A stretch of 40,696 bases of DNA from a virus. Its lineage: Duplodnaviria > Caudoviricetes. Below, one piece after another: positions 16,613 to 26,414 of this stretch (positions are counted from its first letter, which is position 1; each line of letters starts with the position of its first letter). The notes below the pieces were generated by a model, which made no database searches, was not told the DNA's origin, and saw only the letters and a program-made list of their open reading frames with translations. Location: positions 1 to 40,696 of the IMG/VR virus record IMGVR_UViG_3300022777_000107; one strand, written 5' to 3'. Both the position numbers and the translations under genes were made by a program.

Positions 16613-17188
16613 CTACCGTGCGTCGAGACCCGCGTCGGCCAGATCAGCCCGGAGGCGCCCATCGGGATCGCCCGGCGTCTGCTTGATCGGATTCGTGTGC
16701 TCGCGGGGCTGGGAGATCAGGTTGGGTTCGTCGTGACAGAACACGTCGATCCCGCCGGCGTCGTTGTAGAACATGTAGCAGTGCAGCTGCCGGTCGGCCA
16801 GCGGCCCGTCTCGGTAGACCCACGAGGCGACCGACCACTGTGTCCGACCGTCGCCGCCGACGCGTCGAAACTTCTTCGTCGAGATGGGATTCCAGTTCCA
16901 CCTGCGCTTCGAGAGTGCCGTCTCGATCTCGTGTAGTGACGCGTCCACCGTGAGGACGTACTCCTCGCTGCCGGTCTTGTCCCGGACGAGATCCCGCGGC
17001 TCGCCCCGTGGCGGGATGCGTCGCCCGATCGGGCCACCGAGCGGATGTAGGGCACGCCAGACCAGGCCGCGGACTGTCTCCAGCCGACGGACGACTCTGG
17101 GGCCCAGCCGACCGAGTCGTGAGACGATGATCAACGCGCCGATGCTCAGGATCGGTGCCAGCGCTGCTGGCGGGATACTCTCTATCAT
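16613..17188 (-). CDS. Membrane-anchored hypothetical protein
   Basis: N-terminal hydrophobic helix; RQLH...HDEPN...PREH His-rich motif. Confidence 0.7.
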   Translation of the reverse strand: MIESIPPAALAPILSIGALIIVSRLGRLGPRVVRRLETVRGLVWRALHPLGGPIGRRIPPRGEPRDLVRDKTGSEEYVLTVDASLHEIETALSKRRWNWNPISTKKFRRVGGDGRTQWSVASWVYRDGPLADRQLHCYMFYNDAGGIDVFCHDEPNLISQPREHTNPIKQTPGDPDGRLRADLADAGLDAR

Positions 17189-17461
17189 GTATCTGATGAA
17201 TCAGCAAAACGGCCGACCTTTCAGCAGCTACCCGACCGAGTCAATTCGGCAGGAAACAGGTCTCCCTGTCCACGTAACTTTCACGCGCTCAGCCCTGTAA
17301 CACCCGGGGGATTACTCATCTGAGTGCGGCCTAATCTGCCCGTAGACGGCTTGTATGGGCAATTTCGGACTTTTTATCTACCGTTTCGTTGCCGATACAT
17401 TTTGTTTACTCTGGGTATCATTTGTTTTGGGTTGATCCGCCTCCCGCCCGTGCACCACCTA

Positions 17462-17509
17462 TACGGTACATTGTACCGTAACACTTATTACAATCCGGTA
17501 CTATGTACC
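17462..17509 (+). promoter_or_regulatory. Promoter flanked by two GGTAC-N3-GTACC operators
   Basis: Perfect inverted repeat TACGGTACA-T-TGTACCGTA at 17462-17480, TATA-like CTTATTA at 17484-17490, second site at 17497-17509. Confidence 0.75.
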
Positions 17510-17528
17510 ATATAGAGGGAGACAAAAT

Positions 17529-17783
17529 ATGTCCGAACTCACCGAGTCCGAAGCGATTGAAATGATGGAAGACAACTTCGTCGGCCAACGGCACGAATCC
17601 GAGAATGGCACTGTTTACGAAGTCACGGGTACCCGCGTTGAGCGGGGCCGGCCCGAACTTCAACGGACTCCGGTTGACCAGAACGGCCAGCTTGTCCGCA
17701 TGAACGCGGAATACATCGCTCTGGCAGAGTACCGAGACAAAGCACTCACCGAAGACGGTGAATGGACGGTTGTTCAGGCATGA
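17529..17783 (+). CDS. Hypothetical protein
   Basis: 84 aa, acidic, downstream of the operator-flanked promoter. Confidence 0.75.
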   Translation: MSELTESEAIEMMEDNFVGQRHESENGTVYEVTGTRVERGRPELQRTPVDQNGQLVRMNAEYIALAEYRDKALTEDGEWTVVQA

Positions 17784-18016
17784 CCGAAAACGACGACATC
17801 GGACGCGAAGCGGCTGACCGAATCTTGAACCGCATGGATGGCAAACCAAATTATGTCGAAGAAATCGCCGCGTGCATCCGTGACCACACGGCTGCCCGTG
17901 GTGTCGATTTGTGGGCAGTTGATATTGAGGGGTACACCGCCGCTGAGTGGGCGGACGTGACCGGCCGTGACCCGTCAACGGTCCAGCGCAACGTCCGCCG
18001 CGCTCAGGCTGACTGA
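17780..18016 (+). CDS. HTH DNA-binding protein
   Basis: EGYTAAEWADVTGRDPSTVQRNVRRA. Confidence 0.8.
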   Translation: MTENDDIGREAADRILNRMDGKPNYVEEIAACIRDHTAARGVDLWAVDIEGYTAAEWADVTGRDPSTVQRNVRRAQAD

Positions 18017-18052
18017 CTATCTGCTCTCTTGTAACCAAGACATCAGTCGATG

Positions 18053-18190
18053 TCACACCTTGTAGCCGCGGTCCTCCCGACACATGTGGCGGACGGCCTC
18101 GCCAATCGTCGCGTAGCCGAACTGCTCTTGGATCTCCTGGGCTTGCTCGTAGACGGTTGGCGGCACTCGAACCGCATGCGTTTCGGCCAT
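18053..18190 (-). CDS. RHH-like microprotein (45 aa)
   Basis: Hand-translated MAETHAVRVPPTVYEQAQEIQEQFGYATIGEAVRHMCREDRGYKV; AT-rich box upstream; not in the ORF track. Confidence 0.7.
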   Translation of the reverse strand: MAETHAVRVPPTVYEQAQEIQEQFGYATIGEAVRHMCREDRGYKV

Positions 18191-18284
18191 GCCCCCGCGT
18201 TCGACCTGTCATCAGTTTATTGTTATCCCGATTTTGTTACAGAGCGTTACACCGTGCAACACCCGGGGGATTACTTATCGTTTG

Positions 18285-18536
18285 TTACGGCGTCCCTTGC
18301 TCAATGTCCTCGAAGGCGGCTTCGTCAACGATGCGAAGCGCCGCTTCGGTGTTGCTGTTGTTGTACTCGTTTAGGGCTTCTTGGTACATCACATCGAAGA
18401 CGAAATCAGGTATCCGGCCGTTGCTTGCCGGAACGCCCGAACCTTCGATACTCACACCGTCAGCTACCTTCGTATCGGTGTGGTCCCAAACGTCTCCCGT
18501 TCCTGCCTGCCGGTCGCAGGTGTAGTTCCACGTCAT
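18285..18536 (-). CDS. Hypothetical protein at the end of the tail module
   Basis: ATGA-coupled to the upstream tail gene. Confidence 0.7.
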   Translation of the reverse strand: MTWNYTCDRQAGTGDVWDHTDTKVADGVSIEGSGVPASNGRIPDFVFDVMYQEALNEYNNSNTEAALRIVDEAAFEDIEQGTP

Positions 18537-19045
18537 AGTACCATCTCCCGGTTATCGCTGATCAAGTTACTACTGGACGGGTCGGACGTGTTCTCGATTC
18601 TATAGGACGCACCCGGCGGGAGAAGGTGGGTTACGGACCCCCAGCCCTCGCCACCGGAGCCGAGTCCCGGGTCCGCGTAGGACAGCCTGAGCCTGTAGTC
18701 CGGTGACGTGCCGCCCGATTCATCGACTTCGAATGACACCCAAGCTCGGTCCGTACCATCTGTCACGGTTTTGGAATCCGCTGCAACTAACACTGGGCGG
18801 TTCGCGTCCGGAGCCCGCCAAGTGTCGAACGACAGGGCTGGGTCGGTCGTGGAGCCGGGAACGCCGACCCCCTCGCCACTGTTGATGGTTGCGGTCCCTG
18901 TCTCTATCGATTTTACCGTCTTCAGCAAATCGATCTTGTCAGCCGACTTGTCGTACTTCAGAATGTCTCCGTTGCTATGCGTGATCAGCAGGTCGTCGTT
19001 GCTGTCGTCTTCGATCGTGTATTCGCCGATTTCATGTTTTGCCAT
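18533..19045 (-). CDS. Putative tail fibre/adhesin
   Basis: Position after tail-tip genes; beta-rich C-terminus ending LLPPGASYRIE. Confidence 0.55.
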   Translation of the reverse strand: MAKHEIGEYTIEDDSNDDLLITHSNGDILKYDKSADKIDLLKTVKSIETGTATINSGEGVGVPGSTTDPALSFDTWRAPDANRPVLVAADSKTVTDGTDRAWVSFEVDESGGTSPDYRLRLSYADPGLGSGGEGWGSVTHLLPPGASYRIENTSDPSSSNLISDNREMVL

Positions 19046-19051
19046 GATTGA

Positions 19052-19687
19052 TTACACCTGTAGGTCGTTCTGCAGTGCCGAGACATCCGCGTACTCGCTG
19101 TAGTCCGCCAGGATTCGGACGTCGATGCTGAGGACTGTGTTCGTCAGTGGCCGCGTCCGTGCGTCCTCGACCGACTCGATCAGTCCCCAGCGCCCGGTCA
19201 CGTTCCTGTCGGACAAGTTTTGAGCGGGCTCCAACCCGATGACCAGGCTGTTGATCGTCGCGTCTGTGAAGTTCTCTCGAAAGGTCACATCATTGGCCAG
19301 CGTGTTCATCGTCGCGTAACTCCCGCCGTGGACGTCGTAGTCGAGGACATCCGCGTGGTTGCCGTTCGTGATGATCAGCGTGCCATCGTTGTCGATGGTA
19401 CCGTCGTTGTCGACCTCGTCATACACCACGAGCGTCCCGTCGATGTCGAGCGTCCCGTCGATATCGGCGGTGTTGAAGATCTCCGTCGTGCCAGCCTCAA
19501 CCGTCCGCGTCTCACCTGCCGCTACGACGAGGGACTCGCGGGGGAAGTACAGGTCGAACGTCGTTGACTCGGAGCGCGTCCGGTTGTTGAGTGCAGCGGG
19601 ATCACTCTGCGCATGGGCGACGTAGATCGGCGCATTCTCCCACTGCTCTGTATAGATCTTGTACCAGGTTCCAGTTGCGTTAGCCAT
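19052..19687 (-). CDS. Minor tail protein
   Basis: Position; IDGTL/NDGTL beta-helix-like repeats. Confidence 0.6.
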   Translation of the reverse strand: MANATGTWYKIYTEQWENAPIYVAHAQSDPAALNNRTRSESTTFDLYFPRESLVVAAGETRTVEAGTTEIFNTADIDGTLDIDGTLVVYDEVDNDGTIDNDGTLIITNGNHADVLDYDVHGGSYATMNTLANDVTFRENFTDATINSLVIGLEPAQNLSDRNVTGRWGLIESVEDARTRPLTNTVLSIDVRILADYSEYADVSALQNDLQV

Positions 19688-19725
19688 ACCTAATCATTGA
19701 AATCGGTCGCTCACCGACGAGCCCG

Positions 19726-21705
19726 TCAGATCTGCGTTTGGCTATTCCGGAAGTTTCGTTTCAGCTGTCGAAGCTGGTCAGCCAGCCCAGCCGAGACCGA
19801 AAACTCCATCGTGATTTCATAGTCCTGTGGATCCTCGGCGAGAGAGATCTTTTCGAGTGTCTTATCGGCCTTTCCGTCACCGAAATCGACACTATACGCG
19901 TATCCAGGATGGACGTAATCGACGGCTGGGATGGTGATTGTGCCATACAACTGATCTCTGGTTTGTGCGAACTCCAGAAACGAGCGGGCGCGAAACGCCG
20001 CTCCCCCCTGGTTCGTCACCGACGGATCTCGGAGATGGACTGTGATGTCGTTTCGGTCGTCGTCGGTCCGAACTGCGCTGTCGGCCTTGACCTCTGCTGT
20101 TGGTCGATTGCCGTTTCCGTCCTTCGCCCCCTGAAGATAGACGATGTTAAAGTAGAGGCCAGCCAACACCTCTGGGGTCTTGTCCACCGGGTCGTCGACG
20201 CCGTCTGGCGTCGGTCGCGTTTCGTCGCCGCGCTGGTAGGATCGGACGGTCATGTTCGCGATCGACTCGGCAGAGTGTTCGATGGTCCAGAGGAAGTCGC
20301 CGTACTCGTGGAGACTCTTCAGGTTATCGAAGTGATTCTTGTCCAGTTCCAACTCGTCGATCACGACGCGGTTGTTGCCATCGACTTGATGGCTGAATGA
20401 CTGAATGAGTTGTCCCCCGTCGCCTTGGGTTGGGGTGGTCTGACTGTTCGCGACAAAGCGACTGAGACGCATCCGAACTTTGGCCTGTCTCCCGACCTGA
20501 CCATGGGATTTGTCAAATGAATCTGCATTACTCGTGGTGATGTAGTCCGACCCGTCGTTGTTGCTTGCGGATATCCGCTGTTTGTTGCTCGTGTCGTTCC
20601 ATCCCGTATCCAGGTCCGTCGACGTGATATTGTAGGATGTCGGCACCGTGTCGAACTCGATGACGTACTCTTCAGGGAATAATTCAGGCCCGTTCCAGCT
20701 GGCTGTATTAGAATCAAAGCTTGGCGCGATGTTGATGTTGAAATCGTCACTGAACCGGCCGCCCTCATCCACCAACCAAATCGCGTCGACGTTGTACGTG
20801 CCACTGGTGTAATCAGTGATCTCAATCCGTAGTGTCACGTCGGTCCCAGCACTGAGGTCGCCCTGAGTTACACCGGCCTTGCCCAGTCGTGTTGCCAGAG
20901 ACCCAGTCGCGCCATCGAACGTCGAGTCTCTAACTGTTGTTCCGTTTATTTTATGCGCGACCGTACCATCGAAATTATCGAAATCAGTGAAGGCCGCAAT
21001 CCGGTATTGACCATCCGGGATGGTGTAGTCCGGATTGAACGTCACCTCGACGAAGTCGCCGTCCGCGTCGAGTTGCTCTGCTTCATCGTTTGAATACCCG
21101 CCCGAATCAGTGATAGTTGTCGATTGTGTGTTCGACGCATTCTCGGCTTCTGTGATAAAACTGCACTGCAAGAGTTCGATATTTCCGTTCCGTATCGCGA
21201 CGGGTTCGTCGTCAGCGAAGCTGATATCATTCTGAAACCCCGAGTTCGAACTCCCGTTTTGCAGCAGATCGCTACTGACGACCTGTTCAGTAGATTGGCT
21301 CGTGACTGTGTGTGCATCGAAGGGGGTCCGATCCCAGTAGTCGTCGATCGCCGTGTCGAGTGGCGTGCTCGTGATCGTCAGCGACCCGCCGAGCGACTCA
21401 TAGTCTGGCCGCGTCTCTTCGAGTCGCTTGGCGATCCCATCCGCTCTGATGGTCGTTCCGGGCTGTCTGGGGTTTTCAGTGGCGTCGATGATGTATCCAG
21501 TCCACTGCACAGACCCGTTGATCGTGACGTTGATCCGGTTCTGTCTCTGGGCGTACGGGTAGATGTCCTCAAACTTCGGCTTGATCCGCGCTTGATAAGT
21601 CGCCAGCCCGGTGTGGACTCGGGTCGCGTCCGGCACGCTGTAGATGTCAGTCTCGGTCAGTGAGAGCTCATTTGACCCACCAGGGTCCAGGACAATCTCG
21701 GTCAT
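19726..21705 (-). CDS. Tail tip/hub protein with inserted carbohydrate-binding-like domain
   Basis: Follows the tape measure; WTGYI hub-like motif; central TEAE...VDAIWL jelly-roll pattern. Confidence 0.65.
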   Translation of the reverse strand: MTEIVLDPGGSNELSLTETDIYSVPDATRVHTGLATYQARIKPKFEDIYPYAQRQNRINVTINGSVQWTGYIIDATENPRQPGTTIRADGIAKRLEETRPDYESLGGSLTITSTPLDTAIDDYWDRTPFDAHTVTSQSTEQVVSSDLLQNGSSNSGFQNDISFADDEPVAIRNGNIELLQCSFITEAENASNTQSTTITDSGGYSNDEAEQLDADGDFVEVTFNPDYTIPDGQYRIAAFTDFDNFDGTVAHKINGTTVRDSTFDGATGSLATRLGKAGVTQGDLSAGTDVTLRIEITDYTSGTYNVDAIWLVDEGGRFSDDFNINIAPSFDSNTASWNGPELFPEEYVIEFDTVPTSYNITSTDLDTGWNDTSNKQRISASNNDGSDYITTSNADSFDKSHGQVGRQAKVRMRLSRFVANSQTTPTQGDGGQLIQSFSHQVDGNNRVVIDELELDKNHFDNLKSLHEYGDFLWTIEHSAESIANMTVRSYQRGDETRPTPDGVDDPVDKTPEVLAGLYFNIVYLQGAKDGNGNRPTAEVKADSAVRTDDDRNDITVHLRDPSVTNQGGAAFRARSFLEFAQTRDQLYGTITIPAVDYVHPGYAYSVDFGDGKADKTLEKISLAEDPQDYEITMEFSVSAGLADQLRQLKRNFRNSQTQI

Positions 21706-24233
21706 GGCTGGCTGCCGGTCCGTTGCCGGACTCGGTTGCTTTCTTGTTCGAGTCGGCCATCAACCACGATCTGCGCTCGCTCGTCGATGACTCGATCAAG
21801 CGTCTCGTCACCGGTATTAACGAGAACCGTCATTCCGGAGAGTGCCCGGCTCAGTTCACGCGCGATGGCGCGGGGACTCATTCCATCCGTGTCGAGCCCT
21901 CTGGTCACATCCGCAGGCACGATCGTCTCACCCTCGTGCACTTCGACCATTCCGCTGTCGCGCACCTCGCCACCCATCTGCCGGGAGGGGAAAAGGACTG
22001 GGGCGCCGCTCGATAGCCCGAGTTTGGGGTCGAATCCGTCACTCTCAGACCCTTTGAATCCTGATTTGATCGCCGACTCGACAGCCGTCTGCAGGCGCTC
22101 CTTGACCCACTCTGCAAGTTGACCGAGTGCCTTGAAGATCGCCTCCTTTGCGCCGTTCAGCGCTCCCGAGATGATAGACGGGAAGTCGAAAGCCACAGTT
22201 TTGAGCCAGTCGAAAATCGACAGTGCGAGGCTGGCCAGTTTGGGGGCCCCCTCGTTTTTCGTCCATTTGATGGCTGCCTGTATCCCGTCGGCGATGATAA
22301 ACGGCATCTCCGCTGCGATGCGGGCCAGCGTTCCGATCAGTGTCCCCGTGAGCTCGGCGGCCTTCTCGCTACCTTCTCCGACGATCCAGCTCACTGCGGC
22401 GTCGATCCCATCACTCAGTATCCCGATGAGATCGAAGCTGAAGTCCACCAGGTTCGAGAGGATGTTCCGCAGGTTCGTGGCCGCCTCGCCGAAGTCCCCT
22501 TGGATCAGATTCATGACCAGCTGCAGACCCTGACTGACCTGGTTGATCGCAAAGACCAGAGTCCGCGTGAGGATCGCCGCGAGCCCCTCGACGATGGGGA
22601 CGACCACGCTGTCGATCTGCGTCCAGACTGCCATCACGATCTTGGCAGCCGTCTGCGCATGACTCCCGATTGCATCGAACGTCGGGGCGAGCTCCTCAAG
22701 CACTGGGCCGAGGTTGCGCTCGATAGTCATCGCGACGCGGTCGAAGATCGGCAGCAAGATCCGCTCGAAAACTCGACGGGCAGCCGGCAGTAACCGCGTT
22801 CGGAGGAAGCTGGTAAACCCGGATAACAACCCAAGGGCGCTGTCGATTGTCTCCCTGATAGTTCCCCGATTCTCTTCGAACCAGCCGGTGATCGAGTCGG
22901 TGACCTCTGCGGTCAAATCGCGGACTCCGCCGAGGTTTTTCTCCCAGGCCACCCAGAGTGCTGCTATCGCAGCAGACACTGCAAGTGCCGGCGTAATGAT
23001 CGCCGCGAGGCCGGCCGCCGCGGTCGCCAGCGTCGGCCCCAGCGCGATCAGTGCCGCCGTCAGCCCGCCGATCACGGTGGACACTAACGCAATCGTCCCG
23101 ATGTTGACGTCGAGTTGCTCGTTCAGCGACTCGAACTGATCGAGCGTCCCGGTGAGTGACTCGACAAGATTCGTCGCTGCGGGCAGGATATCGTTCCCGA
23201 TGGCGATCCCCACGTTCCGGAGTTGGTTTTTCAACAGTTGGAGTTTCGCGTTGAACGTGTCCGTCGCTGCCGCGAACTCCTCTTGAAGCGACGTCGCCTC
23301 CTCGAACGAGGAGTTCGCCATATCGAGCGCGTCGGCCGTCCCATCAAGGTTCTGACCGAGTGCCCCGAGTGCCTGCTGAGAGACTGTCGTCAACGCCCCG
23401 CGGAGTTTGTCCGCAGAGTCGCCCCCCTCAGAGAGTCGCCTCGACAGTTCCTCGATGAGGGCGACCGGGGATTCGTCTCGCATCCGCGTGAACTCGTCGG
23501 TGGTCATCCCCATCGCGGTGGCAATCTCGCCGACCCGGTCAGGGTCCATCAGCTCCTGTGCCACGCGACGGAGTCGCGTCCCGGCACGCTCCGAGGATTC
23601 GCTGACTTCGTTGAGTGCAGCCGAGAGCCCGGTGATCTGGCGCTGGTTGAGACCGAGTTGATCGAGTGCTGCACTGCTGCGCAGCATCGAGTCGACGATC
23701 TCCTGGCTGCTCGTGGCCATGTTGTTCGACAGTTCGTTGATCGCCGACCCCAGGTTCTCGACCTGGGAGATGGGCGTGTTCGTCAACTCCGACAGGCGGG
23801 CGAGTGCCTCACCAGCCTGATCGGCCGACAGGTTCGTCGCGGTCGCCATCCGCGCGACCGACTCGGTGAACTGCGACATGCTCTCTTCGCCCTCGATGCC
23901 GAACCGGCCGGCGTCGGCAGCGATCTGTGCCAGCTCCTGCTGAGCCAAGGGGATGGTCTCAGCCAACCGGCGAATCTCGTCGGACATGGCGCGGGCAGTC
24001 GAGGGGTCGGTGACCTTTTCGACCTCGACGAGAGCCTGCTCGTAATCAGCGGCAGCACTGGTGGCCGCTGCGAGGCCGCCCGCGGCGAGGCCGGCAAGAG
24101 CCGCTCCCGCCAGGCCAACGGCATGCCGGAGGCTGCCCAGCTTTTCAATCGCTCCGTCGACGGCCTCATTGAGGCCCGATGCGTCACCGCCGATCGCGAC
24201 GGTGACGTCTTCATCTCGACCGGTGAAAACCAT
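21702..24233 (-). CDS. Tail tape measure protein
   Basis: 843 aa, Ala/Gly-rich helical, TP901-like core (YEQALVEVEKVT...AGTRLRR), hydrophobic mid-region. Confidence 0.93.
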   Translation of the reverse strand: MVFTGRDEDVTVAIGGDASGLNEAVDGAIEKLGSLRHAVGLAGAALAGLAAGGLAAATSAAADYEQALVEVEKVTDPSTARAMSDEIRRLAETIPLAQQELAQIAADAGRFGIEGEESMSQFTESVARMATATNLSADQAGEALARLSELTNTPISQVENLGSAINELSNNMATSSQEIVDSMLRSSAALDQLGLNQRQITGLSAALNEVSESSERAGTRLRRVAQELMDPDRVGEIATAMGMTTDEFTRMRDESPVALIEELSRRLSEGGDSADKLRGALTTVSQQALGALGQNLDGTADALDMANSSFEEATSLQEEFAAATDTFNAKLQLLKNQLRNVGIAIGNDILPAATNLVESLTGTLDQFESLNEQLDVNIGTIALVSTVIGGLTAALIALGPTLATAAAGLAAIITPALAVSAAIAALWVAWEKNLGGVRDLTAEVTDSITGWFEENRGTIRETIDSALGLLSGFTSFLRTRLLPAARRVFERILLPIFDRVAMTIERNLGPVLEELAPTFDAIGSHAQTAAKIVMAVWTQIDSVVVPIVEGLAAILTRTLVFAINQVSQGLQLVMNLIQGDFGEAATNLRNILSNLVDFSFDLIGILSDGIDAAVSWIVGEGSEKAAELTGTLIGTLARIAAEMPFIIADGIQAAIKWTKNEGAPKLASLALSIFDWLKTVAFDFPSIISGALNGAKEAIFKALGQLAEWVKERLQTAVESAIKSGFKGSESDGFDPKLGLSSGAPVLFPSRQMGGEVRDSGMVEVHEGETIVPADVTRGLDTDGMSPRAIARELSRALSGMTVLVNTGDETLDRVIDERAQIVVDGRLEQESNRVRQRTGSQP

Positions 24234-24236
24234 CAG

Positions 24237-24431
24237 TCAAAAGCCTCGCTCGTCGATTTTTTGCTCGTGATGCAGGCGCTGGTTTTGCTTGATCTGCTGT
24301 CGGCGCTGCACCGTCTCCCGATTCGTACCCTGCTGTGTCGCCTGTCTGGCGATCTCCTTTTGCTCGTTCAGTTCCGCGAGTCCCTCCAGCGACCGGCGGA
24401 GCTCACTTGCGTGCAGCTGGGAGACCTCCAT
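24237..24431 (-). CDS. Tail assembly chaperone C-terminal extension (gpT-like frame)
   Basis: Frame stays open upstream through FYSEFGWTP and into the chaperone gene in the -1 frame. Confidence 0.65.
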   Translation of the reverse strand: MEVSQLHASELRRSLEGLAELNEQKEIARQATQQGTNRETVQRRQQIKQNQRLHHEQKIDERGF

Positions 24432-24466
24432 CGGCGTCCAGCCGAACTCGCTGTAGAAGATCGCCT

Positions 24467-24952
24467 CTACGCCTGCGGCAGTTCGTCGAGGTCGAGACTC
24501 TCGCCCTCGCCGTTGTTCAGCAGTTGCCCCACCTTTTCGAGGTCCTCCGCGTCCACTGCCTTGAGTTGGCCGACGTTCTCCTCGACGCGCTGGTTCTCCA
24601 CGGCGAGGAAGATGTCGTTTCCCGAGGCATTCTTCAGGGCTTGCAGCACACCTTGGATGATGTAGTCCGGGAGGTCTGACAGGTTGCCGTCAGCGCCCAG
24701 CCCGGCGACGATGTACTCTTCGCCCACCTCGTCGATGTCCGCTTCGGATGGGTCCGCGGCCTCCAGCACTGTCTCGATGGGGTCCGAGTCGATGACTGGC
24801 TTGCACTTGATGGCCTTGTTCGTCCCCGGGATGCGCTGTTTGACCGGTTTCAGATCGCCATCGCCATCGCGCGAGATCCCGAAGTCCTCGGGTTCGGCGA
24901 TCTCCAGGCCCTCGCCATCGTTGAGGCGGGTTGCACGCTCGTCCTCACTCAT
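24467..24952 (-). CDS. Tail assembly chaperone (gpG-like)
   Basis: Between tail tube and tape measure; in-frame slippery G GGA AAC at 24617-24623. Confidence 0.75.
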   Translation of the reverse strand: MSEDERATRLNDGEGLEIAEPEDFGISRDGDGDLKPVKQRIPGTNKAIKCKPVIDSDPIETVLEAADPSEADIDEVGEEYIVAGLGADGNLSDLPDYIIQGVLQALKNASGNDIFLAVENQRVEENVGQLKAVDAEDLEKVGQLLNNGEGESLDLDELPQA

Positions 24953-26184
24953 GGCTGGGTCACCGTAATTGGCGGCTCTCCGGACGCGGACCAGGTCACT
25001 GAGTAGTCGGCACGGCCCTGTTCAGGCTCGACTGCTTTCGGATCGGCGTCGGTCAAAACAGTGTTGTTGAAGGTGAGGAGCGTCCGGGAGAGCTCGTGCT
25101 CCATGTTCTGCTGGTCTTTCGTCAGCATATCCACGAAGTTATCGTGGCCCACGTTCGGCCCCGACACCGTCGTGTCGATGGTGACGATACGGTTCCCCTC
25201 GCTTTCGAGCGGATGGCGCGTCCCGTGGGGGCTTGCGGTGTCGAACTCGTTTTCGACCGTCCAGCCGCCGGCCGTGATGACTGGTCTGACATCGGTGCCG
25301 ACGGGACGCTCGACGCGGTCTCCGACGAAGTGCTCGTAGCTGGTGCCGATTGCGCTGGCGTGCGAGCCAGTCCCGAGCGATGGGATACCGCGATCCCCAT
25401 CGACTGCTTGTTCGTCGTCACTGTAGGAGAGGCCCCCCTTGATTTCCATCAGGGTCGTGCCGTTCCCGTCAGTCAGCGAGACGTCTCCAGTCGGCTCACT
25501 GGCCAGCCAGACGGAGTCGATGTCGCCGAAGCTCTCCGTGGACGTGACGGTCGTCGTCCCGTTGAGCGAGAACGTATCAGTTGTGCCGGCGTCCTCGTTT
25601 TCGATGGTGATGTCCATCGTGTCGCCGTCGTCCGTTGACACGACATCGACGGTCGTCGCAGACGAGGGCTGATGGATCAGATACGACCGCACCTTGCGTG
25701 GCGCAATCGACAGCGACATCTGAATCGGGAGCGTCGCCGACGGATCGAGGTCGGGTTCGACGGTCTCCACCTTGGCGCCCCGGACGACATCGTATTCGCG
25801 CATGCCAGCGTCGTCGTTGCCGCCGCTGTGCTCGCGCCGGTAGACGATGAGGAGTGATGCCGGGAGACGGTTCTGATCGTCCCGTAGCATCCCGTACGCC
25901 GCCGGGTCTTGCGCGTTGTCTGACCCGTCGACAAGTGCCCGTTGCAGATCATACGTGATGTCTGCACTGGGGTCCTCGTCGCCACGGAAGTGGTCCTGTA
26001 CTTCAGACGTGCCGGTTGCTGTCTGGGCACCGTAGTTCATGCCCGGGTTCGGCTCCCAGGACCTGAACACGTCCGAGAAACGGTTCCATTCGGGGTTCGA
26101 TGGCACGCCGAAGTAGTCGGGTTCCTCGATCCATTCGAGGCGTCCCGGTAGCGTGCCGCTGTCTGGTTGATCTGTTGCACTCAT
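24949..26184 (-). CDS. Major tail tube protein
   Basis: Position; EEPDYFGVP N-terminal motif; beta-rich with an internal inserted domain. Confidence 0.75.
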   Translation of the reverse strand: MSATDQPDSGTLPGRLEWIEEPDYFGVPSNPEWNRFSDVFRSWEPNPGMNYGAQTATGTSEVQDHFRGDEDPSADITYDLQRALVDGSDNAQDPAAYGMLRDDQNRLPASLLIVYRREHSGGNDDAGMREYDVVRGAKVETVEPDLDPSATLPIQMSLSIAPRKVRSYLIHQPSSATTVDVVSTDDGDTMDITIENEDAGTTDTFSLNGTTTVTSTESFGDIDSVWLASEPTGDVSLTDGNGTTLMEIKGGLSYSDDEQAVDGDRGIPSLGTGSHASAIGTSYEHFVGDRVERPVGTDVRPVITAGGWTVENEFDTASPHGTRHPLESEGNRIVTIDTTVSGPNVGHDNFVDMLTKDQQNMEHELSRTLLTFNNTVLTDADPKAVEPEQGRADYSVTWSASGEPPITVTQP

Positions 26185-26390
26185 GAGTCGTGATCATCAG
26201 CCTCGTAGGGCTGTATGCTGTCGTAGTACTCGCACAGCACCTCACCGACATCTTTCGTCACTTGCATCGGGCCATCCCAGACGAGTCCCCGATCATCGCC
26301 GGGGAGATCAGCGACTGGGTCGTCGACGACGGCCTCCAGCAACTCCTCGTTATAGTGGCGCCGCGAGTCTGCTGTGTTCTCGATCCACAT
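26181..26390 (-). CDS. Small virion-module protein
   Basis: 69 aa, acidic, coupled to the tail tube gene. Confidence 0.7.
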   Translation of the reverse strand: MWIENTADSRRHYNEELLEAVVDDPVADLPGDDRGLVWDGPMQVTKDVGEVLCEYYDSIQPYEADDHDS

Positions 26391-26414
26391 GGTTTTGCGA
26401 AAAGTGCGGTGTCG

